Of a DNA stretch of 64,000 nucleotides, positions 46,402 to 56,415 are shown in pieces (the stretch's first letter is position 1; the number at the start of each line of letters is the position of its first letter). Below the pieces are notes generated by a model. The model ran no database searches, had not been told where the DNA came from, and worked only from the letters and a program-made list of their open reading frames with translations. A program made the position numbers and the translations under genes. The stretch spans positions 1,152,001 to 1,216,000 of the forward strand of contig OZ252098.1 of NCBI GenBank assembly GCA_965248355.1. Direction: 5' to 3'. The stretch is from Candidatus Latescibacterota bacterium (GTDB lineage Bacteria; Latescibacterota; UBA2968; UBA8231).

Positions 46402-47370
46402 TCAGGAGCCGCCTTCGGAAGTCGCCGCCGCCCCGGCCGCCACCAGGGCCCGCAGCTGCTGCCCGGCGCCGGCCACCAGCCGCCGGCCCTCCTCCGGCGC
46501 CGCCGCCGCCTCGGGCCCTGGGGGCTCGGCCCGGGCGAACTTGACCAGGTCCGCCGCCTGCAGGAAGTCGATGATGCCTTCCCGGGTGTCGGCGTCGGGG
46601 GGAGACGGAGCCCGGCGCAGGTCGGCGGCGATCTCGGAGGTGGTGCGGTCCAGGCCGTCCACGGACAGCCGGTCCTCGAGGAAGCGGCGCATGACCTCGG
46701 ACAGACGGGTGTAATAGACCTTCAGGGCCCCGCGCTGCAGCAGCCCCGACTCGGCGATGAGGACGAACTCCCTCTCGTAGTCCACCGGAGCCGGCGGCGG
46801 GCTCGGGAGCTCGGTTGGCTCCTTGGGGCGGCGCAGCAGGAACCGGCCCGCCAGCCAGGCCAGGAGCACGGCCGCGGCCGCCGCCAGGATCCCGGCGAGC
46901 CACAGGGGGATGCCGCCGGGGATCGCCATGGGCGGCTTGATCTCCCGCAGCGCGTCACCCTCCTCCGGATCACGGGCGGACACGATCTCCATGGGAATCG
47001 ACGGCGACGTGAGACGCGCGGTGTCGGAGGCCGCCCCTACCACCAGGACCTCCAGGGCCGGGATGGCGCCGGTATCGAGGGTGAAGGCGGTCAGTTCGTA
47101 GCGGCGCTCGTCGACCTCGAGGCCGCCGGCTGCGGCCCTCGTGGCCGGCGCCGACTGGGAGCGCACGATCCACGAACCCAGCTTCTCCTGCAGCTCCGGG
47201 AACAGGGAACGCGAGGAGGCCGGACGCTCGACGCGCAGGAGCAGGGCCACGGGATCGCCGAGACGGACCCTCCCCGTGTCGACCTCCGCCCTCAGGAGCG
47301 GCCGGTCGGCGTGGACCGGGGAAGCGACGGCGGCGGCGACCAGGGCCGCGCCGCGGAGGAAAGCTGTCAT
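46402..47370 (-). CDS. Bat-associated membrane protein (BatD-N/DUF4381-like)
   Basis: GDPV, LREIKPP + TM, YYTRLSEVMRRFLE, TTSEI, ADLVKFA; typical gene upstream of batA. Confidence 0.78.
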   Translation of the reverse strand: MTAFLRGAALVAAAVASPVHADRPLLRAEVDTGRVRLGDPVALLLRVERPASSRSLFPELQEKLGSWIVRSQSAPATRAAAGGLEVDERRYELTAFTLDTGAIPALEVLVVGAASDTARLTSPSIPMEIVSARDPEEGDALREIKPPMAIPGGIPLWLAGILAAAAAVLLAWLAGRFLLRRPKEPTELPSPPPAPVDYEREFVLIAESGLLQRGALKVYYTRLSEVMRRFLEDRLSVDGLDRTTSEIAADLRRAPSPPDADTREGIIDFLQAADLVKFARAEPPGPEAAAAPEEGRRLVAGAGQQLRALVAAGAAATSEGGS

Positions 47371-47383
47371 CGGGCCGGACCCG

Positions 47384-48826
47384 CTACCCGTCGGCCGGCT
47401 CCACGGCTTCCGAGGCCTCCTCCATCGGGTTGGACACGTCGTCCAGGCTCAGATCGAGGTCCTCCACCGAGTCCTCTTCGACGGTGACCACGGTGCCCAG
47501 GTCGGCGCGCATCGCGTAGGCCTGGCCGTCGCCCGTCGTCGAGCCGACGCGGACTTCCACCGTACGGCCTCCGGTGAGATCGACGCGCACGGACAGCCGC
47601 GGCGAGTCGAGACCGAAGGGAGCCAGGGGAAGGCTCCCGTCGGCCGCTCCATCCTGGACGAAGCCCTCCGCCTCCAGATCGTTCAGGTCGTTCACCAGGC
47701 TGGTGAACCGCCAGGCCTTGGGCTCGCGCCCGGCGGCGTCCACCAGGCCCCAGGTGCCGGCGCTGTCCCGGGAGGCGGTGAAGACCCGCTCCCCCCGGCG
47801 CCGCAGCTCGATGCGGGAGATCTCCTCCTCGGACAGGGCCAGGAGCTTCCTCTCCCGCAGATCCGACAGCGGCTTGAGCAGCTCGTTGACGACGGTGGAG
47901 TCGACGACGAACACGTGGGGCCGGCTGGAGTCGCGGGCGAAGCGGTCGCCCCCGCCGGCCTCGGCGCCGACCTGCAGGCGCTTCTCGGCCCGGTCCTCGC
48001 CGATCCACAGGGTCACCTCCGCCAGGGCCGAGCCATCCTGCAGGCCGGCCGCCGACAACTCGTCGGCGGTGGGCTGCTCGAAGGCGATCCGGCTGGTCTC
48101 GGAATTCCGCAGCCGCGACAGGACGTCGTCCACCTCGTCGTCGTCGGCTTCCCTGGCCAGGGGCTGGTCGAGACGCCAGCCCCCATCCTGCCGGTAGAGC
48201 TCCACCCGGCCGCCGGGCCGGTCGAGCCTCAGGCCCCTGACCTCGTCCTCCTCGAAGGCCAGCAGCCGCCGGTCGCGCAGGTCGAAGAGGCCCTTGTCGA
48301 GGTTGTCGAACCGCCAGGCGCGGACCCTCAACACCTCCGGGTTGTCCCCCGAGCGCTGCAGGTAGGTGAAGCGCTCGGTGGGCGTGTCGTCGCCGAAGCG
48401 CAGGGTGTCGAAGACCGCGGGCGACTCCCCGGCGAGCTCGAGCAGCACCTGCAGGCGGGGCCGCTCCAGGCCGTAGGCGGTCAGCCGCCCCGCGTCCCCG
48501 GCCACGGCGGCGCTGTCCTGCAGAGGCTCGCCCTCGATCTCGGTCTCCCGCAGGTTCCTCAGGTAGCGCTCCACCGCCTGGGCATCGGCGTCGGTGGAGA
48601 CGGGGCTCGTCAGGCGCCAGGACTCCTCCCCCTTCTCCAGGACGGCCACCGTGTCGCCGCGGTCGATGGTGAGGCGCCGGGCCTCGTGATCGCTGAAGTC
48701 CAGGAGCTGGCGGGAGCGTTCCGCTTCGACCTGCCGCTGCTCCCCTCCCTTGATCTCGTAGAAGTAGACGAAGCCCAGCAGGGCCACGAAGATCCCGCTG
48801 ATGATGAGGTTCGTCTTCAGTCCCAT
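47384..48826 (-). CDS. DUF4340 domain protein (three internal repeats)
   Basis: N-terminal TM; repeats L(R)..LL.F..(E)...W.L..P...AD...V...L..L; YGLERP/FGLDSP. Confidence 0.82.
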   Translation of the reverse strand: MGLKTNLIISGIFVALLGFVYFYEIKGGEQRQVEAERSRQLLDFSDHEARRLTIDRGDTVAVLEKGEESWRLTSPVSTDADAQAVERYLRNLRETEIEGEPLQDSAAVAGDAGRLTAYGLERPRLQVLLELAGESPAVFDTLRFGDDTPTERFTYLQRSGDNPEVLRVRAWRFDNLDKGLFDLRDRRLLAFEEDEVRGLRLDRPGGRVELYRQDGGWRLDQPLAREADDDEVDDVLSRLRNSETSRIAFEQPTADELSAAGLQDGSALAEVTLWIGEDRAEKRLQVGAEAGGGDRFARDSSRPHVFVVDSTVVNELLKPLSDLRERKLLALSEEEISRIELRRRGERVFTASRDSAGTWGLVDAAGREPKAWRFTSLVNDLNDLEAEGFVQDGAADGSLPLAPFGLDSPRLSVRVDLTGGRTVEVRVGSTTGDGQAYAMRADLGTVVTVEEDSVEDLDLSLDDVSNPMEEASEAVEPADG

Positions 48827-48851
48827 GTGCGGTGCCTCTCGTGCATGTGGC

Positions 48852-51800
48852 TCAGGCCGCGGCGGCGGCCGGGTGGAAGTCGCGGCGAATCCATACGAGG
48901 ATGCAGGCGTTGGCGATGCTCAGCCCCGCCAGCACCAGTTGCAGCGTCGGCTCGGGGACGACGACGAAGGCCAGCCCGGCGTTGGCGGCCAGGGTCGCCA
49001 GGGCCGGCAGCCAGGCCCGGGAATCTCGCTTGTAGAGGCCGTAGCTCAGCCCCCAGCAGAGCAGGCCCAGGACCACGCAGCCCTCGCCGCGCCAGAGGCT
49101 GGCCTCGCCGAGTCCGATGACGCCGAGGATGTAGTACCAGGTCCCCAGGGCCAGGAAGTTGTAGACCAGCCAGCTCACGAAGCCGCTGACATGGGTCCCG
49201 TAGCCGCGGCGCAGCATGATGACAAAGCCGGAGAGGGCCACGGCGAAGGGCAGGACGAAGACGGAGATCCAGAGGATCACGCTGCCCGCCGTGCCCACGA
49301 GGTTGATCGGGTTGAAGCGCGGCTGCTTCGGCGGGATCGTGAGGCTGCCCTCCCCCTCGGCGAGCCAGCGGACCGCGGCGGCCATGAGCTCGCCGTTGGC
49401 CTGTTGTCCGAAGTACTGGTTTCGGGCGAAATCGGCATCTCCGAAGACCACGATCCTCGTCTCGTCGCCCTCCGCCGCCGAGTCGGCCTCGGCGCTGACC
49501 GCCACCGCCAGGGACAGGGGACCGGGCCGGTCGGTCTCCGGATCGAAATCGATCGATCCTCCTTCCTCGCCCGACAGCACGGCCAGGTCGGACTCCCCCC
49601 AGGCGTTGCGGTCGGTGAAGGCGAGGGCCTCCACCCCGAAGCCGCCCGAGGCGGCGCTGACCGAGCGCGCCATGGGGAAGTAGCTCATCTGGCCGCGGAC
49701 GGCGCCCTCGGTGATCGGGTGGTCGCCGTAGCGCAGGACCACCGGCACCGAGACGTCGGTGCCGAGGAGCTGCCCGAGGCCGCTCAGGTCGACGACGAAG
49801 TCATGGCCGATGTCGATGTCGTACTCGTCGAGCAGGAGGTCCTCCAGACCGCTGTCCGGGACCGGGTCGACCAGCAGCAGCAGGTCGCCTCCCCGCTCCA
49901 GGAACCGGCGCACGCCCTCCACCTCCGCCGCGCTCAGCGGACTCTGCGGCCCCAGGACGGCCAGCACCTGCACCAGGGTCAGATCCTCCGTACCGGGACG
50001 CACGGCGTCCCGGATCTGCAGGTTCATCTCCTTCAGCCGCCCGTTGAGGATGCTGAAGCCCTCGCCGTCGACGTCGGTGAGCCCACCCTCCCCATGGCCC
50101 CCGACGAAGCCGATGACGCGCTCGTCGGCCGCCAGGGCCCGGCGGATGGCGTTGCTCAGAGCTTCCTCGCTCTGCTCGGTGAAGCGCTCGGTGACCACCT
50201 TGCCGGCGCCCGTGACCTCGACGATGGAGGTGCCCCGTTCGCGGATGCCGTACCGCCGCACCAGGAGGGCGTCCTTCTGGGGGTCGACGGTCTCGAAGTC
50301 GAAGCGGCGGGAGCGGTATCCGTACTCCTCGGCGATCTCCTGGAAGCGCCCGCCCTCCATGTCCGACATGAAGGTGCGGACCTGGATGTACTTGCCCGTG
50401 TCGCCGGCCTCTCGCAGCAGCTCCAGGCTCTCGGGGGCCAGGGTGAACAGCTCGTCCTCGGTCAGGTCGATGCGCCAGTGGTAGCGGTCGCCGAGGTAGT
50501 TCAGCAGGACGAGAACACCCAGGGAAAGGACCACGCCCAGACCGGCGGCGGCCAGGTCGCGCAGGCTCCAGCGGCCGGACCGGGAGACGACGACGAAGCC
50601 GGCCAGGGCGATCGCCGCCGGGTACAGGATCACGGTGATCCAGAAGATCCATTCCGATTGCGTATCGGTCAGGGCGATGGGGTTGAAGCCCGGCGCCTTG
50701 GGACGGATGGAGATCAGGGCCTCGTCCTCGGCCAGCCAGCTCACCGCGTTCAGGGCCAGGTCTCCGTTGCCCTGGGAGTCGAAGTAGCGGTTGCTCGCGA
50801 AGTCGGCGTCGCCGAAGACCACGAGCCGGCCCCCCGAGGCGGTGTCGGCCACCGCCGCACCGACGCCGACGGGTCCGCGCCGGTCGGCCTCGTCGAGGCG
50901 GACGGTGCGCTCGCCCCCCGCGCCTTCGCCCAGCACGGACAGGTCGGTCTCCGCCCAGCTCTCCGAGCTGGTCCGGGCCAGGACCGCGGCGCTGGACCCG
51001 TTGGCGGTTACCACGGAGGAATCGAGAGCGACCGAGCGGGCCAGCTCGTAGAAGGTCATGACCCCGCCGCGGTGGCGCCGGGCGATGGGGTGGACGTCGT
51101 CGTAGGTGGTGACCACGGGGATGGTGAAGTCGAGGCCGAAGAGAGATCCGATACCGCTGGTATCGATGACGAAGTCGTCGCCGGTGACCACGCCCCACTC
51201 CCCCGCCAGGGCCTCGAGACCGGTCTCCTGCAGGGCGTCGGCCAGCAGCAGCACGGAGCCGCCGCTGTCCAGGTAGCGGCGGACGGCGTCGACCTCGTGG
51301 TCCAGGAAGGGCGACCGGGGGCCGGCTATGATCAGCACGCGGCAGTCCCCGGGGACCCGGGCCTCCCGCGCCAGGAACAGGGAATCGCTCACCACGTAGT
51401 CGATCTCCCGGAGGCGCTCGGCCAGCCGCCCCAGGTCCGACTCGAGGCTGCCGCTGCCCCGCTCGCCGTGGCCGACGGTGAAGTAGACCCGATCCCGCCG
51501 GTCCCGGAGGACCTTCAGCATGGCGTTGGTGATCTCCTTCTCCGTCAGCTCGGTGAGGCTCAGCCGCTCGTCGCCGGCGGCCACCACCAGGGTGTTGTAG
51601 GCGCGCACCCCGTACTCCTGGGTCCGCACCGGATCGCGGTCGGGATCGACGAATTCGAAGTCGAAACGCCCGCCGCCGTGCACGGCGTACTGCTCCAGCA
51701 GCCCGCGCAGCTCCTCGTCCTCGCCCCCTTCCATGAAGGCCAGGGCCTCCACTTCCTTCTCCAGCGCCTCCAGGCTCTCCACGGTCAGGGGCGCCAGGCT

Positions 51801-52091
51801 GTGCAGCCCCCCTTCGGTCAGGTCGAGCCGCTGCGGATAACGGTCGGCGAGGAAGTTCACCATCCCGAGGATGGCCAGCACCAGGAGGCCTCCCCAGAAG
51901 GCGTTGAGCCAGCGACCGTACCGGCGGAACAGCTCGGGGTCGAGCACCGCCGAGGCGGCCACCAGAAGCGCCCCGAGGGCGGCGTTGGCCGCGGGCAGCC
52001 AGGTGGCCTCGGGCTCGAGGAGCATGGCCAGCCCGGCGGCGGCGAGAAGAGCCGCTCCGGCCAGGCTGGCGAAGGTCGAATAGGCCTTCAT
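48852..52091 (-). CDS. GldG-like ABC auxiliary protein with a tandemly duplicated domain
   Basis: Two copies of R.DLT....SL / FDFE.VDP / GHGE / GG..LL..D / VVFGDADFA.N / V.WL; 1079 aa; ATGA overlap with the permease. Confidence 0.88.
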   Translation of the reverse strand: MKAYSTFASLAGAALLAAAGLAMLLEPEATWLPAANAALGALLVAASAVLDPELFRRYGRWLNAFWGGLLVLAILGMVNFLADRYPQRLDLTEGGLHSLAPLTVESLEALEKEVEALAFMEGGEDEELRGLLEQYAVHGGGRFDFEFVDPDRDPVRTQEYGVRAYNTLVVAAGDERLSLTELTEKEITNAMLKVLRDRRDRVYFTVGHGERGSGSLESDLGRLAERLREIDYVVSDSLFLAREARVPGDCRVLIIAGPRSPFLDHEVDAVRRYLDSGGSVLLLADALQETGLEALAGEWGVVTGDDFVIDTSGIGSLFGLDFTIPVVTTYDDVHPIARRHRGGVMTFYELARSVALDSSVVTANGSSAAVLARTSSESWAETDLSVLGEGAGGERTVRLDEADRRGPVGVGAAVADTASGGRLVVFGDADFASNRYFDSQGNGDLALNAVSWLAEDEALISIRPKAPGFNPIALTDTQSEWIFWITVILYPAAIALAGFVVVSRSGRWSLRDLAAAGLGVVLSLGVLVLLNYLGDRYHWRIDLTEDELFTLAPESLELLREAGDTGKYIQVRTFMSDMEGGRFQEIAEEYGYRSRRFDFETVDPQKDALLVRRYGIRERGTSIVEVTGAGKVVTERFTEQSEEALSNAIRRALAADERVIGFVGGHGEGGLTDVDGEGFSILNGRLKEMNLQIRDAVRPGTEDLTLVQVLAVLGPQSPLSAAEVEGVRRFLERGGDLLLLVDPVPDSGLEDLLLDEYDIDIGHDFVVDLSGLGQLLGTDVSVPVVLRYGDHPITEGAVRGQMSYFPMARSVSAASGGFGVEALAFTDRNAWGESDLAVLSGEEGGSIDFDPETDRPGPLSLAVAVSAEADSAAEGDETRIVVFGDADFARNQYFGQQANGELMAAAVRWLAEGEGSLTIPPKQPRFNPINLVGTAGSVILWISVFVLPFAVALSGFVIMLRRGYGTHVSGFVSWLVYNFLALGTWYYILGVIGLGEASLWRGEGCVVLGLLCWGLSYGLYKRDSRAWLPALATLAANAGLAFVVVPEPTLQLVLAGLSIANACILVWIRRDFHPAAAAA

Positions 52092-52873
52092 CGGCGCCAG
52101 CGCCTCGACTCGAGGACGCGCGTGGTGAGGAACAGGCAGAAGAAGATGAAACTCAGGTAGAAGAGAACGTCGGCGGTGTCGATGACGCCGCGCTGGAAGT
52201 CCTGCAGGTGCTGGATGATCGACAGGTAGGAGAGCAGCTTGGCCGCCGTGGGACCGGCGAAGCTCGCCGACCAGTCGATCAGCCACAGGAGCAGCAGCGC
52301 TCCGAAGGAGAGCAGCACGGCGACGATCTGGTTCTCCGTGAGGGACGAGGCCAGGACGCCGACGGCGACGAAGGTGCCTCCGAGGAGCAGGTAGCCGAGA
52401 TAGGCGGAGCCGATGGGCCCCCAGTCCGGGTCGCCGTAGACCTCGAGGATGAGGCAGAAGACGAGGGTCAGGGCGACGATGATGGTGTAGAGGGTGAGGG
52501 CCGCGAAGAACTTGCCGAGCAGGACCTGCACCGTCGAGATGGGTGAGGTCATGAGCAGCTCGATGGTGCCGCTCTTCTTCTCCTCCGCGAAGAGCCGCAT
52601 GGTCAGCATGGGCACCACGAGGAGCCAGATGAAGTCCATGACCGCGAAGAACTGGGTGACCACCATCTCGTTGAGGTTCAGGCTGGGCATGGCCCCCTGC
52701 ATGAACTGCTGGCGCTGACTGAACTGAAGGCACCAGAAGTTGAACTGCATCAGGATGTTGCGGAACAGGTACCCGGACAGGAACAGGAAGACGCCGGCGA
52801 TCACGTAGGCCACGGGCGAGACGAAATAGGAGCGCAGCTCCTTGGTGTACATGGCGAGGAAGTTGCGCATCAC
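52088..52873 (-). CDS. ABC-2 permease (GldF-like)
   Basis: KELRSYFVSPVAY, PMLTMRLFAEEKKSGTIELL.TSP, LGKF, SSLTENQIVA. Confidence 0.92.
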   Translation of the reverse strand: MMRNFLAMYTKELRSYFVSPVAYVIAGVFLFLSGYLFRNILMQFNFWCLQFSQRQQFMQGAMPSLNLNEMVVTQFFAVMDFIWLLVVPMLTMRLFAEEKKSGTIELLMTSPISTVQVLLGKFFAALTLYTIIVALTLVFCLILEVYGDPDWGPIGSAYLGYLLLGGTFVAVGVLASSLTENQIVAVLLSFGALLLLWLIDWSASFAGPTAAKLLSYLSIIQHLQDFQRGVIDTADVLFYLSFIFFCLFLTTRVLESRRWRR

Positions 52874-53832
52874 TGGACCTCTTCGGCTTCGGAGGTGAGA
52901 CGCAGGAAGATGTCTTCCAGGGTCATGTCGAGGCTGCGCAGCTCGCGCAGGCCGTAACCGCCGTCGACGACCGCCTTGGCCAGGGGATCGCGCAGGTCCT
53001 GCCCCGGAGCGGCGGTCACCACGTAGGCCCCTTCGTCGGCAGGGCCCTCGGGGCCCTCCGCGCCGGTCTCCTCCTTGGCCTCGAGCACGCCCGGCAGCCC
53101 CCGAAGCAGGCCGAGGACGTCCTCCCGGGGCCCGGCCACGCGGGCCCGCAGCAGCTCGCCCTCTTTCAACTGCTCCGTCAGGCTCTCCGGCGATCCCTGG
53201 CCGACGATGCGGCCCTTGTCGATGATGACCACCTGCTCACAGGTCATGGACACCTCCGGCAGGATGTGGGTGGAGAGCACGATCGTATGCTCCCCCCGCA
53301 GCGACTTGATCATCTCGCGGATCTCGATGATCTGCTTGGGGTCGAGGCCCACCGTCGGCTCGTCCAGGATCAGCACGCTCGGGTTGTGCACCAGGGCCTG
53401 GGCCAGGCCCACGCGCTGGCGGTAGCCCTTGGAGAGATGGCCGATCAGGCTGCGCCGCACGTGGGCGACGCCCGTCTTCTCCATGGTCTCGTCGATGCGG
53501 GAGGACATGACCGCCGAGGGCACGCCCTTGATGCGGGCCACGAAGCCGAGGTAGGCCTCCACGGTCATGTCGCTGTAGAGGGGCGGCAACTCGGGCAGGT
53601 ACCCGATCCGCCGCCGCACCTCCATCGACTCCTCGGTGACGTCGAAGCCGTCGACGGTCGCCGTCCCCGAGGAGGGAGGCAGATAGCAGGTGACGATGCG
53701 CATGGTCGTCGTCTTGCCCGCCCCGTTGGGGCCGAGAAAGCCCATGATTTTCCCGGTCTCGGCGCGGAAGGTGACGTTGTCGATGGCCGTCACCTCCCCG
53801 TAGTGCTTGGACAGCTCGCGAACTTCGATCAC
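52870..53832 (-). CDS. ABC transporter ATP-binding protein (GldA-like)
   Basis: GPNGAGKTT, LSKGYRQRVGLAQA, ILDEPTVGLDPKQ, STHILPEV. Confidence 0.95.
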   Translation of the reverse strand: MIEVRELSKHYGEVTAIDNVTFRAETGKIMGFLGPNGAGKTTTMRIVTCYLPPSSGTATVDGFDVTEESMEVRRRIGYLPELPPLYSDMTVEAYLGFVARIKGVPSAVMSSRIDETMEKTGVAHVRRSLIGHLSKGYRQRVGLAQALVHNPSVLILDEPTVGLDPKQIIEIREMIKSLRGEHTIVLSTHILPEVSMTCEQVVIIDKGRIVGQGSPESLTEQLKEGELLRARVAGPREDVLGLLRGLPGVLEAKEETGAEGPEGPADEGAYVVTAAPGQDLRDPLAKAVVDGGYGLRELRSLDMTLEDIFLRLTSEAEEVQ

Positions 53833-53846
53833 GGATATGGCTCCCT

Positions 53847-54725
53847 TCAGTTGCGGCTCATGCGGCCCTGGAAGAAACGGGCCAGCGGTTTCACGTGGTC
53901 CCGGGTGGCGTCGATGCGGATCTCGTCGACGCCGAGCCTGCGAAAGGCGTGGGTGCGCTGCCGGGCGGCCTCCCGGCGCAGCGCGGCGAAGCGGTCGCGG
54001 GCCTCGGCGTGACCGCTGTCGACGATCAGCTGCTCGCCGGTCTCCGCGTCCCGCAGGGTGACGAAGCCCACGTCGGGCAGCTCCATCTCCCGGGGGTCCT
54101 CCACGGTCACGGCGATCACGTCGTGGCGCCGGGCGGCGCGCTGCATGGCGCGCTCGTAGCCGGTGTCGAGGAAGTCGGAGATGACGAAAACCACCGCGTG
54201 CCGGGATATGACCCGGTCGAGGGTCTCCAGGGCGGTGGCGATCGAGGTGCCCCGGCCACGGGGGCGGTGGTAGAGCAACTCGCGGATGACGCGCAGCACG
54301 TGGCGGCGGCCCTTCTTGGGGGGCACGAAGACCTCCACGGCGTCGGTGAAGATCAGCAGGCCGGCCCGGTCGTTGTTGCGGATCGCCGAGAAGGCCAGCA
54401 GAGCGGAGATCTCCACCGAGACCTCGCCCTTCATCCGGGGGCCCGAGCCGAAAGCGCCGGAAGCGCTGGCGTCGACCACGAGAAGGACGGTCAGCTCGCG
54501 CTCCTCGTCGAAGACCTTCACGAAGGGCTTGCCTCCGGCGCGGGCGGTCACGTTCCAGTCGATGGTGCGCACGTCGTCCCCCGGCTGGTACTCCCTCACC
54601 TCGGCGAACTGCATCCCGTGACCCTTGAAGACGGAGTGATACTCGCCGGCGAAGAGGTCGCTCACCAGGCGGCCGGCCTGGATCTCGATGCGGTGAACCT
54701 TGTCGAGGATCTCCTTGGGGACCAT
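53847..54725 (-). CDS. DUF58 domain protein
   Basis: GEYHSVFKG.GM.FAEVREYQPGDDVRTIDWNVTAR, EERE, ISDF. Confidence 0.93.
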   Translation of the reverse strand: MVPKEILDKVHRIEIQAGRLVSDLFAGEYHSVFKGHGMQFAEVREYQPGDDVRTIDWNVTARAGGKPFVKVFDEERELTVLLVVDASASGAFGSGPRMKGEVSVEISALLAFSAIRNNDRAGLLIFTDAVEVFVPPKKGRRHVLRVIRELLYHRPRGRGTSIATALETLDRVISRHAVVFVISDFLDTGYERAMQRAARRHDVIAVTVEDPREMELPDVGFVTLRDAETGEQLIVDSGHAEARDRFAALRREAARQRTHAFRRLGVDEIRIDATRDHVKPLARFFQGRMSRN

Positions 54726-54729
54726 GGCC

Positions 54730-55725
54730 TCAGGGCACCTCGACGTGATCGAAGAGCTGTTCCACGATGCGGTCGGAGTCGATCTGTTCGGCCTCGGCCT
54801 CGTAACTGGTGGCCACGCGATGGCGCAGCACGTCGGGGCCGACGGCCTTCACATCCTCGGGGGTCACGTAGCCGCGGCGCCGGATGAAGGCGTGGGCCCG
54901 GGCGGCGCGGGCCAGGAACAGCGTCGCCCTCGGCGAGGCGCCGTACTCGATGAGGGGCGCGAGCTCCTCGAGGCCGGCCGCGCCCGGCTCTCGGGTGGTC
55001 TGCACCAGATCGACGATGTAGTCCTTGATCTTGTCGTCCATGTAGACCAGGCGGATCGATTCGCGCAACCGCAGAATGTCGTCCAGACCGGCTACCGCCT
55101 CGATGGGAATCTCGCGGTCCTCCATCATGCGCTCGAGGATCTGCCTCTCCTCGTCGCGAGCCGGGTAGTCCACACGGACCTTGAGCATGAAGCGATCGAT
55201 CTGCGCTTCGGGCAGGGGATAGGTCCCCTCCTGCTCGATCGGGTTCTGGGTGGCCATGACCAGGAACGGATCGTCGAGGGCGTAGCTCTCGTCCCCGATC
55301 GTCACCTGGCGTTCCTGCATGGCTTCGAGCAGCGCGCTCTGCACCTTGGCCGGGGCGCGGTTGATCTCGTCGGCGAGGATGAGGTTGGCGAAGATGGGCC
55401 CCTTGCGGGCCACGAACTCGCCCGAGTGCTGCTGGTAGATCAGCGTGCCCGTGAGATCCGCCGGGAGCAGATCGGGTGTGAACTGGATGCGGTTGAAGCG
55501 GCCTCGAATGATGCGCGCCAGACTGCTGACCGTCAGGGTCTTGGCCAGGCCCGGCACGCCTTCGAGCAGGATGTGCCCGCCGCACAGGAAGCCGATGAAG
55601 ATCCGCTCCACCATCTGCCGCTGGCCGACGATGACGCGGTCCATCTCGGCCAGGATGCGGCCCAGGAGCAGACTCTCCTCCTCGATGCGCGCCGTGAGGG
55701 CGCCGATGTCCGGGTTGGCCTGCAC
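54730..55725 (-). CDS. moxR: MoxR family AAA+ ATPase
   Basis: LEGVPGLAKT, RIQFTPDLLPAD, LADEINRAPAKVQSALLEAM, ATQNPIEQEGTYPLPEAQ.DRF, GASPRA. Confidence 0.96.
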   Translation of the reverse strand: MQANPDIGALTARIEEESLLLGRILAEMDRVIVGQRQMVERIFIGFLCGGHILLEGVPGLAKTLTVSSLARIIRGRFNRIQFTPDLLPADLTGTLIYQQHSGEFVARKGPIFANLILADEINRAPAKVQSALLEAMQERQVTIGDESYALDDPFLVMATQNPIEQEGTYPLPEAQIDRFMLKVRVDYPARDEERQILERMMEDREIPIEAVAGLDDILRLRESIRLVYMDDKIKDYIVDLVQTTREPGAAGLEELAPLIEYGASPRATLFLARAARAHAFIRRRGYVTPEDVKAVGPDVLRHRVATSYEAEAEQIDSDRIVEQLFDHVEVP

Positions 55726-55790
55726 GGAATCTCAGCACCCTCCCCGGGCGGTCGTGGTCTCGAGCGGTGTCATTTCCCCGTCGTGAGAAC

Positions 55791-56315
55791 TCAAGGCGAG
55801 GCGGTGCTGTCCCCTTCCTGGAAGCTCACCCATTCCTCCGGAGGGCGTCCCACGTGGGGCAGCAGTTGACGGGCGTTGGCAGCCAGCTCGGAGCTCGGAT
55901 AGTTGTCGATGACGGCCTGGTAGGCGGCGCGCGCGGCATCGAGGTCGCCGAGATGCTCCTCGAGGATGAAGGCGATCATGAACTGCGACTCATCGGCCTC
56001 GTCGCTGTCGGGATACTCGGCCAGGATGCGCTCGTACTGGGCCAGGGCGCCCATCATGTCGCCGCCCTGCTGGCGCAGAATGGCCAGCTGCTTCAACGCC
56101 TGAGGCCGGCCCCCATCCTCCGGGTGGACCTGCAGGTAGGCTTCGAGAAGCTCGACCGCCGCGGACGCTTGGGTCGAGTCCCGCGCCGCCGCCCGGGCCG
56201 CCTGGAGGGCTTCGTCCAACTGTTGATCGGCCGAGGGCCCGCTGCATCCGGCCCCGACCCACAGCATGGCGGCCCCGATCATCGGGGGGATCCTGGCGGC
56301 CCATTGGCTGCTCAT
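55791..56315 (-). CDS. TPR-containing lipoprotein (BamD/CpoB-like repeats)
   Basis: Lipobox GAGC; YERILAEYPDS, YQAVIDNYPSS. Start uncertain. Confidence 0.75.
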   Translation of the reverse strand: MSSQWAARIPPMIGAAMLWVGAGCSGPSADQQLDEALQAARAAARDSTQASAAVELLEAYLQVHPEDGGRPQALKQLAILRQQGGDMMGALAQYERILAEYPDSDEADESQFMIAFILEEHLGDLDAARAAYQAVIDNYPSSELAANARQLLPHVGRPPEEWVSFQEGDSTASP

Positions 56316-56415
56316 CTCACTGCACACCTGCTGTCTCTCCGGTCTGGCGCGGCTGGCACCAACGACCCTCACATCGAGAAAAAGACGCCCCGAGTGGCCG
56401 CCGGTTCCCTCGCCT

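Noticed and set aside
48852..53832. Bacteroidetes-type gliding motility system
   Set aside because: Only GldA/F/G-like ABC components are present. These are widespread in non-gliding bacteria, and no gldK-N/spr genes occur in the window.
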